Source: Neocallimastix sp. 'constans' (Eukaryota). From it: DNA of 64,000 bases. The notes under the pieces are model-generated. The model was not told the origin of the DNA and searched no databases. It saw only the letters and a program-made list of their open reading frames with translations. The DNA lies in assembly GCA_050613775.1 (NCBI GenBank), contig JBODTK010000112.1, positions 434,001 to 498,000 of the forward strand, read 5' to 3'. Below, piece by piece: positions 28,201-40,000 of this stretch; position 1 is the first letter of the stretch; every line of letters begins with the position of its first letter. The position numbers and the translations under genes are program-made.

Positions 28201-29556
28201 AAGGTAATTTATAATATGAATATTTTCATTAATACATGCCATACTAAAGCATTGATTACCAATAGCATTTTGAACTTTAACATCAGCACCATGAGCACAT
28301 AATGCTTTTAAAGTTTCTAATTTATCATTAATAGAAGCAATATGAACAGGATAATGCCCCTTATTATTAATACATTTTATATTAGAATGATATTTAATTA
28401 AAAGATTAATTAATTCTGCGTTGTCATTTAAACATGAAATAGTGAGTTCAGTGTCCCCATTTTTATTTTTATGATTTACTTCTACTTTTCCTGTTTCTAA
28501 TAAAAGCTTAGCTATTCTTGAATCACCATTGTAACATGCATAAAATAGTGGTCTATTTTCACCAATATTATCTTTGTTAATATCAGCTTTATAAGTTAGT
28601 AGTGTAGAAACAATATTATAGTAACCATCTTTACATGCATACATTAATGGTGTATTAAGCTTTTCATCAGTAGTATCAACGGTTATTTTGGAGTAACCAT
28701 TATCAATAAGTCGTGATAATTCCTCTTTTTTCATTCCTATCTTATTTTTACCCAAAGTAATGAGATTAATAATTAAACTATTACTATATATTATTTGTTT
28801 CAATAAATACTCTATTAACATATCATTATTATTTTTTGTTAAATACAATAAAATAGTATTTTTATTATTATCTTTTATATCAAGATTAGCATTATATTCT
28901 ATAAATTTTGATAAATAATACTTATTCATTATATCATTTTTTATCAAATATAACAATGGGGTCTCTTTAGCATAATTTAAATGATTTGGATCAGCACCCT
29001 TTTTTAAAAGTAAATTAAATACTTCTTTATTATTTAATATCACTGCTTCTGTAAGTGGCGAACCTCCATTTAACTCATGGAAATTAATATCAATATTATA
29101 TTGTAAAAGATGTTGAATTAATTTGATAGATTTACCATTTCTAATTGCATACATTATTGGATTATTTTCATTTTTAAAAAAATTTAAATTTATACTTTCT
29201 TTTTCTAAAAAATGTTTTAACGCTTCAATATCATTTTTATTTAATATTTCAATGAGATTTTTATTTAGTTCTACTTCAATTTTTATCATTTCAATATCTG
29301 TTTTAGTTATATGCTTTTTATTTTGAATTTGTGAATAGTTTTTAATTAAAGCATGAATTTTTGGTAGAGAAAGTTCTTCTTGTATAGCCTTTAACAAAGG
29401 ATTTTTATTTATACTGATACTGGCAATGTCAATTTTTCTTTTTCTAAAGAAATTTCGTATTGAATTTGGTGATTGTTCCAAAATATGTTCTAATTTATTA
29501 TATATAATTTCGAGTGTTTCATTTTCTCGACTAATATTTTGTTGAATTTGTTGCAT
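25228..29556 (-). CDS. Large ankyrin-repeat protein, 1,442 aa, single exon
   Basis: Uninterrupted 4.3-kb ORF with many ankyrin motifs such as GDTPLIIACQTGHADIALYLLDHGADPN and GETPLMMTCYYRNYSLIDLLIQHQANVN. Confidence 0.93.
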   Translation of the reverse strand: MQQIQQNISRENETLEIIYNKLEHILEQSPNSIRNFFRKRKIDIASISINKNPLLKAIQEELSLPKIHALIKNYSQIQNKKHITKTDIEMIKIEVELNKNLIEILNKNDIEALKHFLEKESINLNFFKNENNPIMYAIRNGKSIKLIQHLLQYNIDINFHELNGGSPLTEAVILNNKEVFNLLLKKGADPNHLNYAKETPLLYLIKNDIMNKYYLSKFIEYNANLDIKDNNKNTILLYLTKNNNDMLIEYLLKQIIYSNSLIINLITLGKNKIGMKKEELSRLIDNGYSKITVDTTDEKLNTPLMYACKDGYYNIVSTLLTYKADINKDNIGENRPLFYACYNGDSRIAKLLLETGKVEVNHKNKNGDTELTISCLNDNAELINLLIKYHSNIKCINNKGHYPVHIASINDKLETLKALCAHGADVKVQNAIGNQCFSMACINENIHIINYLLTHDIDINYINYSGDSALHQCCILQKKDIIKKLLSLENINIDVPNSYGFTPFIIACKKNDFELAKLILDQNKPVNIDAKTNSGDFPLFYATYYKNKELLQLLFDHNVNIYTERTAKRYVCYTAFHIACGEYGNEELIQFFIDNGVDVNRPNSMDVYPLYEACKSEIIEHVELLLKNGANPNVQASSITPFIQACIDNNMKMVDVLIKGGANVNYETINGVHPLNQLIIELEKKNSKLIQYLISKGANLYSKDTYGNSILYILKNSNKIDKEEIYENLIMAYKDRNDYQNRCPDTTAFIATYDIYNRVMEEINPILESNPENYMDIDTESLQKKFTQEELDRTYLQACIFGKMNEVKALLEIFPSININVRETNGDTPLIIACQTGHADIALYLLDHGADPNLICECGNTALYVATFSYDRHESIELMESLLKHGANPNILCQYCLSPLMIACKDKFEEVTKLLLQYDADPNMQDSEGNTALTLACNRNNQSIVEILLTSDKIDINKCNLRKYNPLIIACSNSSLDIAKTLIQEGANIYIKNNYHQTAFQLSCFRDFISIYDDFLMNPYKMDLLEEDDHGRSVYITIKLNGTTSYFQEVIDYELKYLEKVIQFYECAQKKDLPEEAVFYIEKESYDNFDSTLPSHKEIVASYKKKLEYMEIEKKNLELYQKFKSLFQQSELNLKGLSQEEINLIFIYATIHVDVKIVYQLFELMRINPELNIDINATDQDGNTSLHYACASNRYEWDFVTALTKFLLKQPNINKNVQNNQGFTPLAMACFRGNENIGRILISDGVDVNIPTYKGETPLMMTCYYRNYSLIDLLIQHQANVNVHDNINGNTPLTLISECYYSFNILKMLIEKGNANVNIANWEGESPLTLACHSNNIGHIKELIKHGADVNFKEKKTGLTPLMIVLSNFNYYVGNYLCQNKANINECNNNGETALIIACRLYNKYGSELLIKNHADISIKDHQGQTAKSIINKNNFNFIIGL

Positions 29557-29869
29557 AATTTAAATATTCTTTTGTTAAATAAATTTAACTAATTTTACTA
29601 TTTTTATGATTATTATTTTATTAAAGTGATTATAAAAATTCAATTAATTAAATTATTTTAAAAATTCTTTTTAATTAATTTTCCTTTATAAAAAATTTTT
29701 TTGAGAAGTAAATAAACTAATATTTTTCTCAAATAAAATATTATTAATTAACATATAAATTAATTTTTAATATTTGAAATATAATAATATTAGTAATATA
29801 ATTAAAGAATTTTAATTTTATTTTATGTCTATTAAAAAAACTTTGTTATTAAATAAATAAATAAATATA

Positions 29870-29929
<60 letters not shown>

Positions 29930-30499
29930 AATGAACTATATTAAAATATATTACATTATTTATATAATGAATATGTGAATTGAAATATTATAGAATATAG
30001 TTATATATGATTAGTTAAATATAAATTAGTAGTACGAGGATACCGTTGAATATATCCAATAAATAATAAGAAAATAATTAATAATATGGTAAATGGAATA
30101 AATGAGAATAATATATATAAATCATTTTTAACTATTATATAGTTTTCAAAACATTTAGCATACTAACATATTTTTTGAATTGTAGTGACCATTTTTATTA
30201 TAGTAATTTTTATTAAAATTACTATTTAAGTTATTATGTAAATTGTAATTATTGTTAATATTTTGATAATTTTTTATCATTTTTAAGTTATAAAAGTCTG
30301 GGTTATATAATTTATTAAAAAATTCAGGTTCAACTTCCATCTTATCTTTGTCTGCATTACTATTTAAATTTAATTTTTGAAATTAATTTTTAACATCGTT
30401 TAATTGATAATTAAAATGTTCATAATTGTACATACTATACTTATTAAGTTATTATGCAACGAAGTATTCAATTAATAAATTAGAATCATTAGTCTAATG

Positions 30500-31020
30500 G
30501 TTAGTTACTGAATAAAATAGAATTAAGTACTGATTCTGATAGCAATAATGAAGTAATAATAGAAATAATGCTGTTAATAATAATAATAGTACTGATAGTG
30601 AAAATAGGAATATTAATATTAGTGATAGTGAAAATAATAATATCATTACTAATAATGTTGTGAATATGTCAATTGGTGAAAATCATGTTAATATTAGTAA
30701 TTTTCTGAATAATGTGTGTGAAAATATATATATAGTTTGGTACCAATTATGTAATTTCTTTCTTAGTAGAAGAGATGCCGATATTATTGATTTAAATTAT
30801 AATAAGGAATGGGATGTTTTATTTAATAATTAAATCATTTCTGGTGATTATTCTAAAACGTCATTCTTGGTATGATATGCGGCTCTCTTTAGAGAAATTA
30901 TACCTAGGGCTAGTATTCGACAAGGATTGCTATTCCGACTGTATTAGCTCAAACTAACTAGGAAGGTCAACCCTGAAAATGAGGTAAGACAGGCCAGCAG
31001 GGCCAATGCCTCTAAAGGAG
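30500..31020 (+). mobile_element. Probable 3' remnant of a non-LTR (LINE-like) element or other decayed coding repeat
   Basis: GC-enriched decayed frame: an N/S/D-rich stretch, then YQLCNFFLSRR...SFLV*YAALFREIIPRASIRQGLLFRLY*LKLTRKVNPENEVRQ. It resembles the fragments at 23450 and 37740. The LINE call rests on recalled similarity only; no RT motif is present. Confidence 0.4.
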
Positions 31021-31729
31021 AAAACCATAATTTCTTTCAGATTGTCAATTCAAACCCTAATCTGGAATAAGAATTCCTATAAACAAAAATCTTATAATCT
31101 GGAGGAGAGGTTAATTGGTTATGAATTTTTTTCTGAATTTATTTATATACTTTATTTTTGAATATTACTTTTATTTTCATTACTATTTAAAATATTATTA
31201 TGCTCAAATTGGATAAATAATATTTATTTTTTTTTTTTATTAATTGAGTGTTTTTTAAAAAAAAAAATTCATGTAATTAATAAATGAACAAATAAATTAA
31301 ATTAAAGTTCTCAATAATTGTACTATAAAAAAAAAACAAAAAAAAAAAAACAAAACTTAGATTTTGGTTATAAAAATAAAGTGTCATTTATATATATATT
31401 CTTAAAGTGAACAATGATAATAAAAACGACAAATCACAAAAATTAAATAAACAAAGCAATAATAATATAAATAATTCCAATATAAATTATGATAATTTTA
31501 ATAAAAATTTTTCTGAAACTAATATTAAAAATAATATATCTAGAAATACTAGTGATAATGTACAGTCAAATATAAATTTTAAAAATTATAACTATTATAA
31601 TAATCATCCTTCTAATTATTATTTTGATAGAACAAAAACTATTTCATCTTTTATTTACAATTTCATTTTTAATAAAAGAAGAAGTATTAAAGAATACATA
31701 TTGATAACTAAAATTTTCTAACATAATTT

Positions 31730-33320
31730 CTTTTGATAGAATTAAATTATATTTCTCAAATAATAACTTTTCTTTTAAAAATAATGAAAATAATTATAAT
31801 AATGGAAATATTGGTTATTTAAACTCAAATACTTTATATAAAATAAAGAAAAAAATATAATTACATAAAATATGGCTATTTAATTTTAAAAAACATAACA
31901 ATTTAATTCAAAAATTATTTCCTCATTTGATATAAATGCGCCACATTCATATTAACAAGCCATACTATATTTAGATTCTCAATTATGTATACTAGCCACG
32001 AAGGATGAGCTTATGATTTTATAATGACATTTGCTTATCACTTACCCGAAGGAAAGAAAGTTAACTCTTCTAGATGAATTTTTACTAATAAATCTGATGG
32101 TCTCAGTAATGTTATTAAACATAAAGTCATATTTGTTGCAAAAGGTTTTTCTCAAAAATTTGGAATTGAACTTATTATTTCTTAATATTGACTATCTGAA
32201 ACTTTATATTGCTCTTGCTGCCGAATTTAAATGATCTATCGTACAACTTGATATCAAAGCTGCATTTTTCAGTAAGAACTTGGATAAATATATATATGTC
32301 ACAGTTCCCCTAGAAGATCCTAACTTTAGGAGGGGTACAAAACAATTTCAAAATTTTTAATATATCAAGGTTTAAAGTAACCAAAATCTGAAAGTTATGT
32401 GTTTAAAAAGGTAATTAATAGCAGAGTGGTATGAATAATTGGTCTTTATGTAAATGATATGATTACAATTGGAGAAAAAGAAGAAATAATTTATTTTTTA
32501 ATAAAATTAAAAAATAAATTTGGAATATCAAAATCTGGTTCAATTAATTTTTATTAAGAATTAAAGTAGAAAATAAAAATGACATTTATTCTAATTCATA
32601 AACTCGGTTTATTGATAATTCTTTAAAAACATTTAAAATTAATAATAAAAGAATATGAAGAACACTATGCGTTGGTGACAATATAAAATCGGAAAATAAT
32701 AATTCATTAGTCAGAAAAACCTATAAAAGTGCAATCAATATGCTTATATATTTATCTATACAATATAGTACTTTTAGTAAACTAAACTGCTAGAAATCCA
32801 GAAAACCCAACAATATTAGATTGGCATATATTTATTGCTATTTTATAATATTTAAAATGTACTAAATTAGATATGACGGGACTGGTATTATCGTTGATTA
32901 AACTGATTAAGACTTTACAGGTGATATTATGAAACATTATATTAATAAAAAAAGTATAATATTTTGGAATTCTAAAAAATAATCAATAGTTACAATAACA
33001 ACAATAAAAACAGAATATAAAAGTACATTATTATGAATTAAAAAAGTATTAAGAATCAAAAATATATTATATGAATTATTTAGCCACTGGTAATAATACA
33101 AGTAAAATTTCAAAGGAAAATGGAATATTAAATCCAAAATTAATAATATATTTAAATTAAATATCATTTTAATAAAGAAAATATTGAGAAAATTTTAATT
33201 AAATAAAAATATATTCATTCAGAAATTATGCTAGCTGATGAATTTACAAAATATGTTAATGGAACTAAAATGACTACCTTTACAAATCAAATTTTCATTA
33301 CTATTGATTTGAGGAGTATA
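31730..33320 (+). mobile_element. Degenerate Ty1/copia retrotransposon RT-RNase H fragment
   Basis: Broken frames give LPEGKKV, FVAKGFSQKFGI, IVQLDIKAAF (~32237), GLYVNDMI (~32441; YVDD decayed), YKSAINMLIYLS, DFTGD and MLADEFTK (~33228), in copia RT then RNase H order. Boundaries are approximate. Confidence 0.85.
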
Positions 33321-33929
33321 AAAGTATAAATTAATATTAATGAATAATTAAATAATGTATAATTAAATAATAATTAAAATAAATTACCTTTAATAATTAT
33401 TACATCAAATTTTAGTTTAAAAAATACTAAAAATTAAAGCAAAACTAAAAAAAAAAAAAAAAAAGAAAAATAAAAAAATAAAAAAAAAAAAAAATGTATC
33501 ATACATAAATTACATTTAAAGTATATTATAGATAATTATAGATAACAATATATGGAATATTATCACAAATAAAATTTATATTTGGATATGTACTTTTTCT
33601 TTACTATCTTTGTTAATTTTTACACCAATCAATTTATAATTTTGTTGAAAAAGTTAAGTTTAAGGCTGACCAAAATTTAAAAAGAATTTTTACAGTTTTT
33701 TGTATTTATAATATTACTTTATTTAATAATATTAATTGAAATAGTGCTTTTATTTTTACATATTTTTAAAAATTTATATTAATATTTAAATATATATATA
33801 TATTTATTTAAAGATATAATAAAACATATATATATATATAAAATAAAAATAAAAATAAAAATAAAAATAAAAATAAAAATAAAAATAAATAAATTAAAGT
33901 ACAAATAATAAAATAAATAAATAAATAAA

Positions 33930-35093
33930 ATGGTTTTTTTTGCATTTGATTTTGATGAAACTCTTACACAAAATGATACTTTAGATTTAATTATCAAATG
34001 TACAAAAGAAGTAGACCTAAATTCTTTAATTTGGAAACGTTTATCTCAAAGATATTGTAATTTAGTGACTTTTTCTAAAGCTGAATATTTTAAAAATCAT
34101 AAAAATCCTTCCTTAGAAGACTATTGTGAATTCTGTAGAGTTAATGAAATGGACTCAATTGAAAATATAATAGAATCTAAATGTTACGACGAAATTACAA
34201 AAGACAGTCTTTTTAACATTGGAAAAACTGAAGTCAAATTCCATAATGAAGTACCTGAGTTTTTAAGTAAATTAATTGAAGAAAAAATCCCAGTAAATAT
34301 TATTTCTGCTAATTTTTCAAATGACATTATTAAAGGTGCTTTATCAAATATCAAGAATAGTGAAGAGATTAATATTTATAGTAATGATTTAGAATTTAAT
34401 GAAAATAATATTTCCAATGGAAATATTATAACGAATTATATTGTAGCTAGTGATAAATTAAAATTATTTAATAATCTTAGCAAAGATATTAATAATAATG
34501 AAACAATTTATATCGGAGATGGTTTAACTGATATATTATGCATGTGTAAGTATATATATATTTAGTATTTATGATAATTAAAATTATTAATATTTATCTA
34601 AATTATTATAATATTTACTATCATATATAATATATATTATATATTATAATAATTATTATTATAATAATTTTTATATTTATATTTATATTTATATTTATAT
34701 TTATATTTATATTTATATTTATATTTATATTTATATTTATATTTATATTTATATTTATATTTATATTTATATTTATATTTATATTTATATTTATATTTAT
34801 ATTTATATTTATATTTATATTTATATTAATATATTATTAAAAAATAATATATTATTTAATTTTAAATTATAGTAAATGCCACTGTAGGTATTGTCTTTTC
34901 TCCAGGAAAAAGTTTTATCCAAGATTGTAAAGAATTTAATATATTATTAAAACCATTATCTACTTGGACAGAAGAAGATTTAAAATTAGAAGATGAAGAC
35001 GAAAATGAAGAAAGAACCAAATTACTCTTCTTCACATTAAACTGGAATGATATTATTAGTTGGTGGAATAATAATAAAAAAGTATTTTTATAA
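33930..35093 (+). CDS. HAD-superfamily phosphatase (resembles yeast Cto1/UPF0655 and the HAD domain of plant TH2 thiamine-monophosphate phosphatase)
   Basis: Exon 1 33930-34545 (donor GTAAGT) and exon 2 34873-35093, in frame. Motif I DFDETLT, motif II IISAN, motif III DK and motif [21 protein letters not shown]. Confidence 0.85.
34670..34827. repeat. (TTTATA)n hexamer microsatellite in the HAD gene intron
   Basis: About 26 consecutive TTTATA units read directly. Confidence 0.95.
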
Positions 35094-35749
35094 AATATTT
35101 AATATAAATTCAGGAATAGAAGTTAAATTAATATAATGAAGATAAAAATAAAATAAAATATAATAAAATATAATAAAGTATAATAAAATAAAATAAAATA
35201 AAATAATATATATATATATATAAAAGATAATATGAATAATATAATTTTAAATAATATTAAAACATAAAAACAAAAATAAAGTAAATTGTTATATCATATC
35301 TTTTTTTTTTTTTAACCATCTCTCTTAAGTTATTATAATTTAGGATTTTTCTTTACAAATATAAATTAATAAAAAAACGAAAGTCATAAATCGATTTATC
35401 ATTTCCCAACGTGGATTTAAATATATCGCGGCGGTTTATTTTTTGTTTTTGTAAATTGTCATATTATTTTATATATAAATGAATAAATTAAATAAAGCGT
35501 TTATCAAATAATATAGAAAGTTAAAAATAAAATAAAAAAAAAAATTTTTTTAAGAACATTTAAATAATTTTTTTTATGTACTTTTAAGAATATTTAAAGA
35601 ATATATATATATATATATTTGCAAAATATATTAATATTTTTAATTTTTAAATTATTTTTTACTTTTATTTTTATTTTGTTTTTTATATTGTTTTACTTTT
35701 ATTAATGCTTTACTCTTTTATACTACTTCACCGTTATTTTATTTTATTT

Positions 35750-35900
35750 TATTTTATTCAATCTGTACTTTCATATTTAATATTCTACTATTTATTTTAT
35801 TTTATTCAATCTGTACTTTCATATTTAATATTCTACTATTTATTTTATTTTATTCAATCTGTACTTTCATATTTAATATTCTACTATTTATTTTATTTTA
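35750..35900 (+). repeat. 48-bp minisatellite, 3 copies
   Basis: TATTTTATTCAATCTGTACTTTCATATTTAATATTCTACTATTTATTT repeated three times. Confidence 0.9.
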
Positions 35901-35959
35901 CTTTATTTTAAATACTTATTCATAATTCTTCATAATTTTTTGGAATTAACATATTAATA

Positions 35960-37398
35960 TTATTAGCTCTACCTCTTGCGTCATTCATTTTCATTTGAAT
36001 CTGTTTTCCTCTCAAAAAATAATTTAATAAATTATTTAATGTATGTATTCTATCCTTCATTTTTCTTTCTTCGATTTTTGTTTTTTCTTTATTAATTCTG
36101 TCATTTTTATTTTCTTGCTTATTGATTATTTCGCTATTATTTTTAATATTAAATTTAATATCCTTTTCTTTGGTTTTCCTTAATTTTTTTTTATCTAAAA
36201 TTTCCAGATAACTAAATTTATTTTCAGATTCGTTTTAAGAATTATAGTCTAATACTTTAATATATTTTGTTATTTTCTAAATTTAATTTTTCATCCGTAT
36301 TAACCAAATTTTTATGATTGTTTTCAATTTTATTTTCAATAAGTTTCTGGTTTTAAATTTCATAATTATTAAGGTTTGCTTTAGATATAATTTTATAATT
36401 ATTAAGATTTGAAATTTTTAATTTATTCTTAAATTTGAAATTTCTATACAAATTTTAATTAATAAAACTTCTTTTCACATTTTTGTTATAAAAATTTTTT
36501 TTTGTGATTTTTATACCCATTAACGTTATTTCTATTAATAATATCATTATTTTCATTATTTTCATTATTTTCATTATTTTCATTATTTTCATTATTTTCA
36601 TTATTTTCATTATTTTCATTATTTTCATTATTTTCATTATTTTCATTATTTTCATTATTTTCATTATTTTCATTATTTTCATTATTTTCATTATTTTCAT
36701 TATTTTTATTATTTTTATTATTTTTATTATTTTTATTATTTTTATTATTTTTATTATATTTATTATTTTTATTATTTTTATTATAATCATGTAGAATTTT
36801 AGAATGACTTTCATTTGATATAGTTTTTATACTTTCTTCAATATTTGAATTTTGAGTATTTCCTTTGATTTTCAGATAACTTTTGAGTGTAATTTATATA
36901 ATTTTCATTAATATAATCTTACATTAATTTTACCTTCATTAATTTTATTTTCATTAATTATTTCGTTGTATATAAAAACTTGGATTCCATATTTTTGTAA
37001 TTTTCAATTAAAATACGAATTTCATCAGTTCTTCCTAATTTTTTTTTTTTTAAATAAATTATTGTTAAAAGATTCAGATGTATTATTTGTTATATGTTCA
37101 ATGCAGCTATAATTTTTTCTGTCTTCCTTCTTATAGCTACCTAAAAAGGTCTCTTCAAAATATTCCAAAAATTTCAAAATTTTATCATAATGTTGTTCAT
37201 AACATATACTTTTAATTATATTATAAATATCAACAATAAACACTTGTCACTATATCTCATAAATAATTTTTCTTGGAATGGTAATTGAAAAATTATTATA
37301 TTAGAGTTTTTGAACACATAAAAATTCTCATCTCTTGCAGTTCTATAGTATTCTGATTCATCTGGAATTTCTTCAAAAGTTACTACATCTGAAGGTAG

Positions 37399-37449
<51 letters not shown>

Positions 37450-37700
37450 TTGTTATTTTGGATTTAATTATATTATATTCAGGTCATATAATTGTCATTT
37501 CTTAAGAAATTTCATTAAAAAAAATAAATGTTTTGATCTTATATCAAAAGAAGTTGATCTTTTCCTAATTTCATTTTTAATTTTTATATTTTGTTATTGA
37601 TATAGATTCTTCAAATTCTTTTTTCGAGATGATTATGTAAACTTTCGTATTTTAATATTTTTTTTTTTTTAAGAATAGGAATAAGCTTTATTTAATAATA
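35960..37700 (-). mobile_element. Degenerate Mutator-like (MULE) DNA transposase remnant
   Basis: Minus-strand fragments KYESLHNHLEKEFEES, KLPSDVVTFEEIPDESEYYRTARDENF, FLEYFEETFL and HITNNTSESFNN (TNNxxESxN is typical of MULE C-termini). Many stops and deletions; no TIRs resolved. Confidence 0.6.
36545..36785. repeat. 9-bp tandem repeat (ATTATTTTC)n grading into (ATTATTTTT)n
   Basis: Read directly; lies inside the MULE-like remnant and would read ENN repeats on the minus strand. Confidence 0.95.
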
Positions 37701-37740
37701 TTCAAAAAAAAAAAAAAAAAATACATGAAAATAAAAAGCA

Positions 37741-38150
37741 TGAAAATTTTGATAACTCCATATGGATAAAAATTATCATTCGAATCTGTATCGGAATTTT
37801 TCCTTTGCCTTATTGTTTTGGATGTCGACACTCTTGGAAATGGTAGGTTCAATAATATACAAATTGATCATGGTGTAAATATCACTAATCATAATAGGTA
37901 TAACATTAGTAAGGAATTACGCTATCCTCACAAAATATGAAATCGGGAAAGAAGATTCTCTCGAAGGTGATTGTAAGATATTATTAATAATACACCTTTT
38001 TTCCCCCGAATTGATCTTTTAAGATTTTATATTCTGTATTCTTGATAAGAAGGAGACACTGGATGTAAAAATTAATATTATCATCAAAATCTTCCTCTTT
38101 ATCATCAGGATTGTTCAGAGATTTCACATGAACAAAAATTAATATCCATT
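37741..38150 (-). mobile_element. Decayed coding repeat fragment (probable LINE 3' end), homologous to 23450-23630
   Basis: The reverse complement contains TTTCCAAGAGTGTCGAC..ATAAGGCAAAG and GAATGATAATTTTTATCCATATGGAGTTATCA, near-identical to plus-strand sequence at 23459-23626. Confidence 0.5.
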
Positions 38151-38171
38151 ATTATAATAATAATAATAATA

Positions 38172-38257
<86 letters not shown>

Positions 38258-38672
38258 AAAACAAATATATATAGAATTAAAATATTTATTTTTTATCTAT
38301 TTTTTATTTACTTATATTTATTTATAAAAAAATTTTTTATGGTTTTAAATTATGTCATCAACAAACCATGTTGCAAAATACAACACATTCATAAAAATCA
38401 TTTAATATTAATTATATGATTTGGTTTAATTAATTATTTTATAAATATCAAAAAAAAAAAATTTTTTTCTTTTATCATTATTAATTTATTTTACATAACA
38501 AAAAATATTCTTAAGAAACTTCTAATACAATAAAAAAGATTAAATATTTATTCCTAGTATGTATAATTAAAAAAAAAAAAAAAAAAAAAGATTGTATAAA
38601 TATATTTATTATATATAGACTAAAAATTTACTTTATTCTTTATTCTTTATAATTTTATTTTATTTTATTTTA

Positions 38673-38703
<31 letters not shown>

Positions 38704-38994
38704 TATAAATTATAATTTGTTGATATATAGTAAATAAATAAATATATAAATATATAGATTATTATAATTGCTTTATTTATTATTTATTATTATTTTTTTA
38801 TATTTTATTTTATTTTAATAATATATATTAATTGTTATATTAAAAATATAAAAAATTTATGATATTGATAAAAAATATTTTTTAATGAAAAAAATGAATT
38901 AAAAAAATTTTTATTAATTTATAATGTACTTAAGATAAATTTCATTAATAATGAGTTAAAAATAATAAATTTATTTGTATTTTAATAAAATATT

Positions 38995-39371
38995 TTAATC
39001 GGTCATGTCATCAGGTCTATTAATAATAAATAAAAATTATATTAAAAATTCAATTATTATTATGTTTATAATAAATATATAATTATATAATTATATAAAT
39101 ATAAAGGATAAAAGTATTGAATAAATTTTAAAAAAAAAAAATATATTTACTGGTCATGAGGTTTAACCATTCCAGGAATACTCATAGCGTGTGCAAATTC
39201 AGCCTTTCTCTTTTCTTCAGCTTCAGCTTCACGTTCATCAAGATAAAGATCACTATTATCACCAGCGAATTCCTTTAATATTTATAATTATAATAATAAA
39301 TTTTATATATATATATATATACATAATTAGATATAATTTATTAAACGTTAGAATAAATTTATTATATATTT

Positions 39372-39406
<35 letters not shown>

Positions 39407-39955
39407 GTCACTATTATTAATATGATTAGTATTAATTATAATTACCTTTAATTGAATAAGGAAATCTCTTATGTGTAATTTGAATTTAATGAAGTCCATG
39501 TTAGTACTGAATAATACTGTAACAAATTGTTCAATTTGAATTCTAAAATAAAAAAATAAAAAAATAAAAAAAAAAAATTAATGTTAAAATTTTAAATATA
39601 TGACATATGTATTAATGTAATTAAATATTTACGGTTGAAGATGTGGGAAAGCATTTCTTAATAAATTAGTGACGTAACCCTTTAAAAATTCAGAATTAGT
39701 CATATTTGGATTTGAAACTTGAGATGGATCAAATAATGGTGCTGTGATTTTATTAGTTTCAACAAGATGGAACATTTGAGCTAAAACCATACATTGAAGC
39801 TTAAATCCTTTATTTTTTATTTTTAATTTATTTTATTTTAATTTATTATTTTTTTTTTATTATTATCATATTTTTAATATATATATATATAGAATAAAGA
39901 GTGAAGTATAATAAAATAAAAATAAAAATAAATAAATATATAAATATATTAAAAG

Positions 39956-40000
<45 letters not shown>

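Noticed and set aside
30155..31721. Asn-rich ORFs 30155-30340 and 31407-31721 as genes
   Set aside because: Short, low-complexity and embedded in retroelement debris, with no recognisable domain or splice partners.
35705..35911. Three 48-bp repeats as a CRISPR-like array or small repeat protein
   Set aside because: Head-to-tail units with no unique spacers, eukaryotic context and no cas genes.
36455..36814. KIM/IIF repeat ORFs
   Set aside because: Products of the 9-bp tandem repeat.
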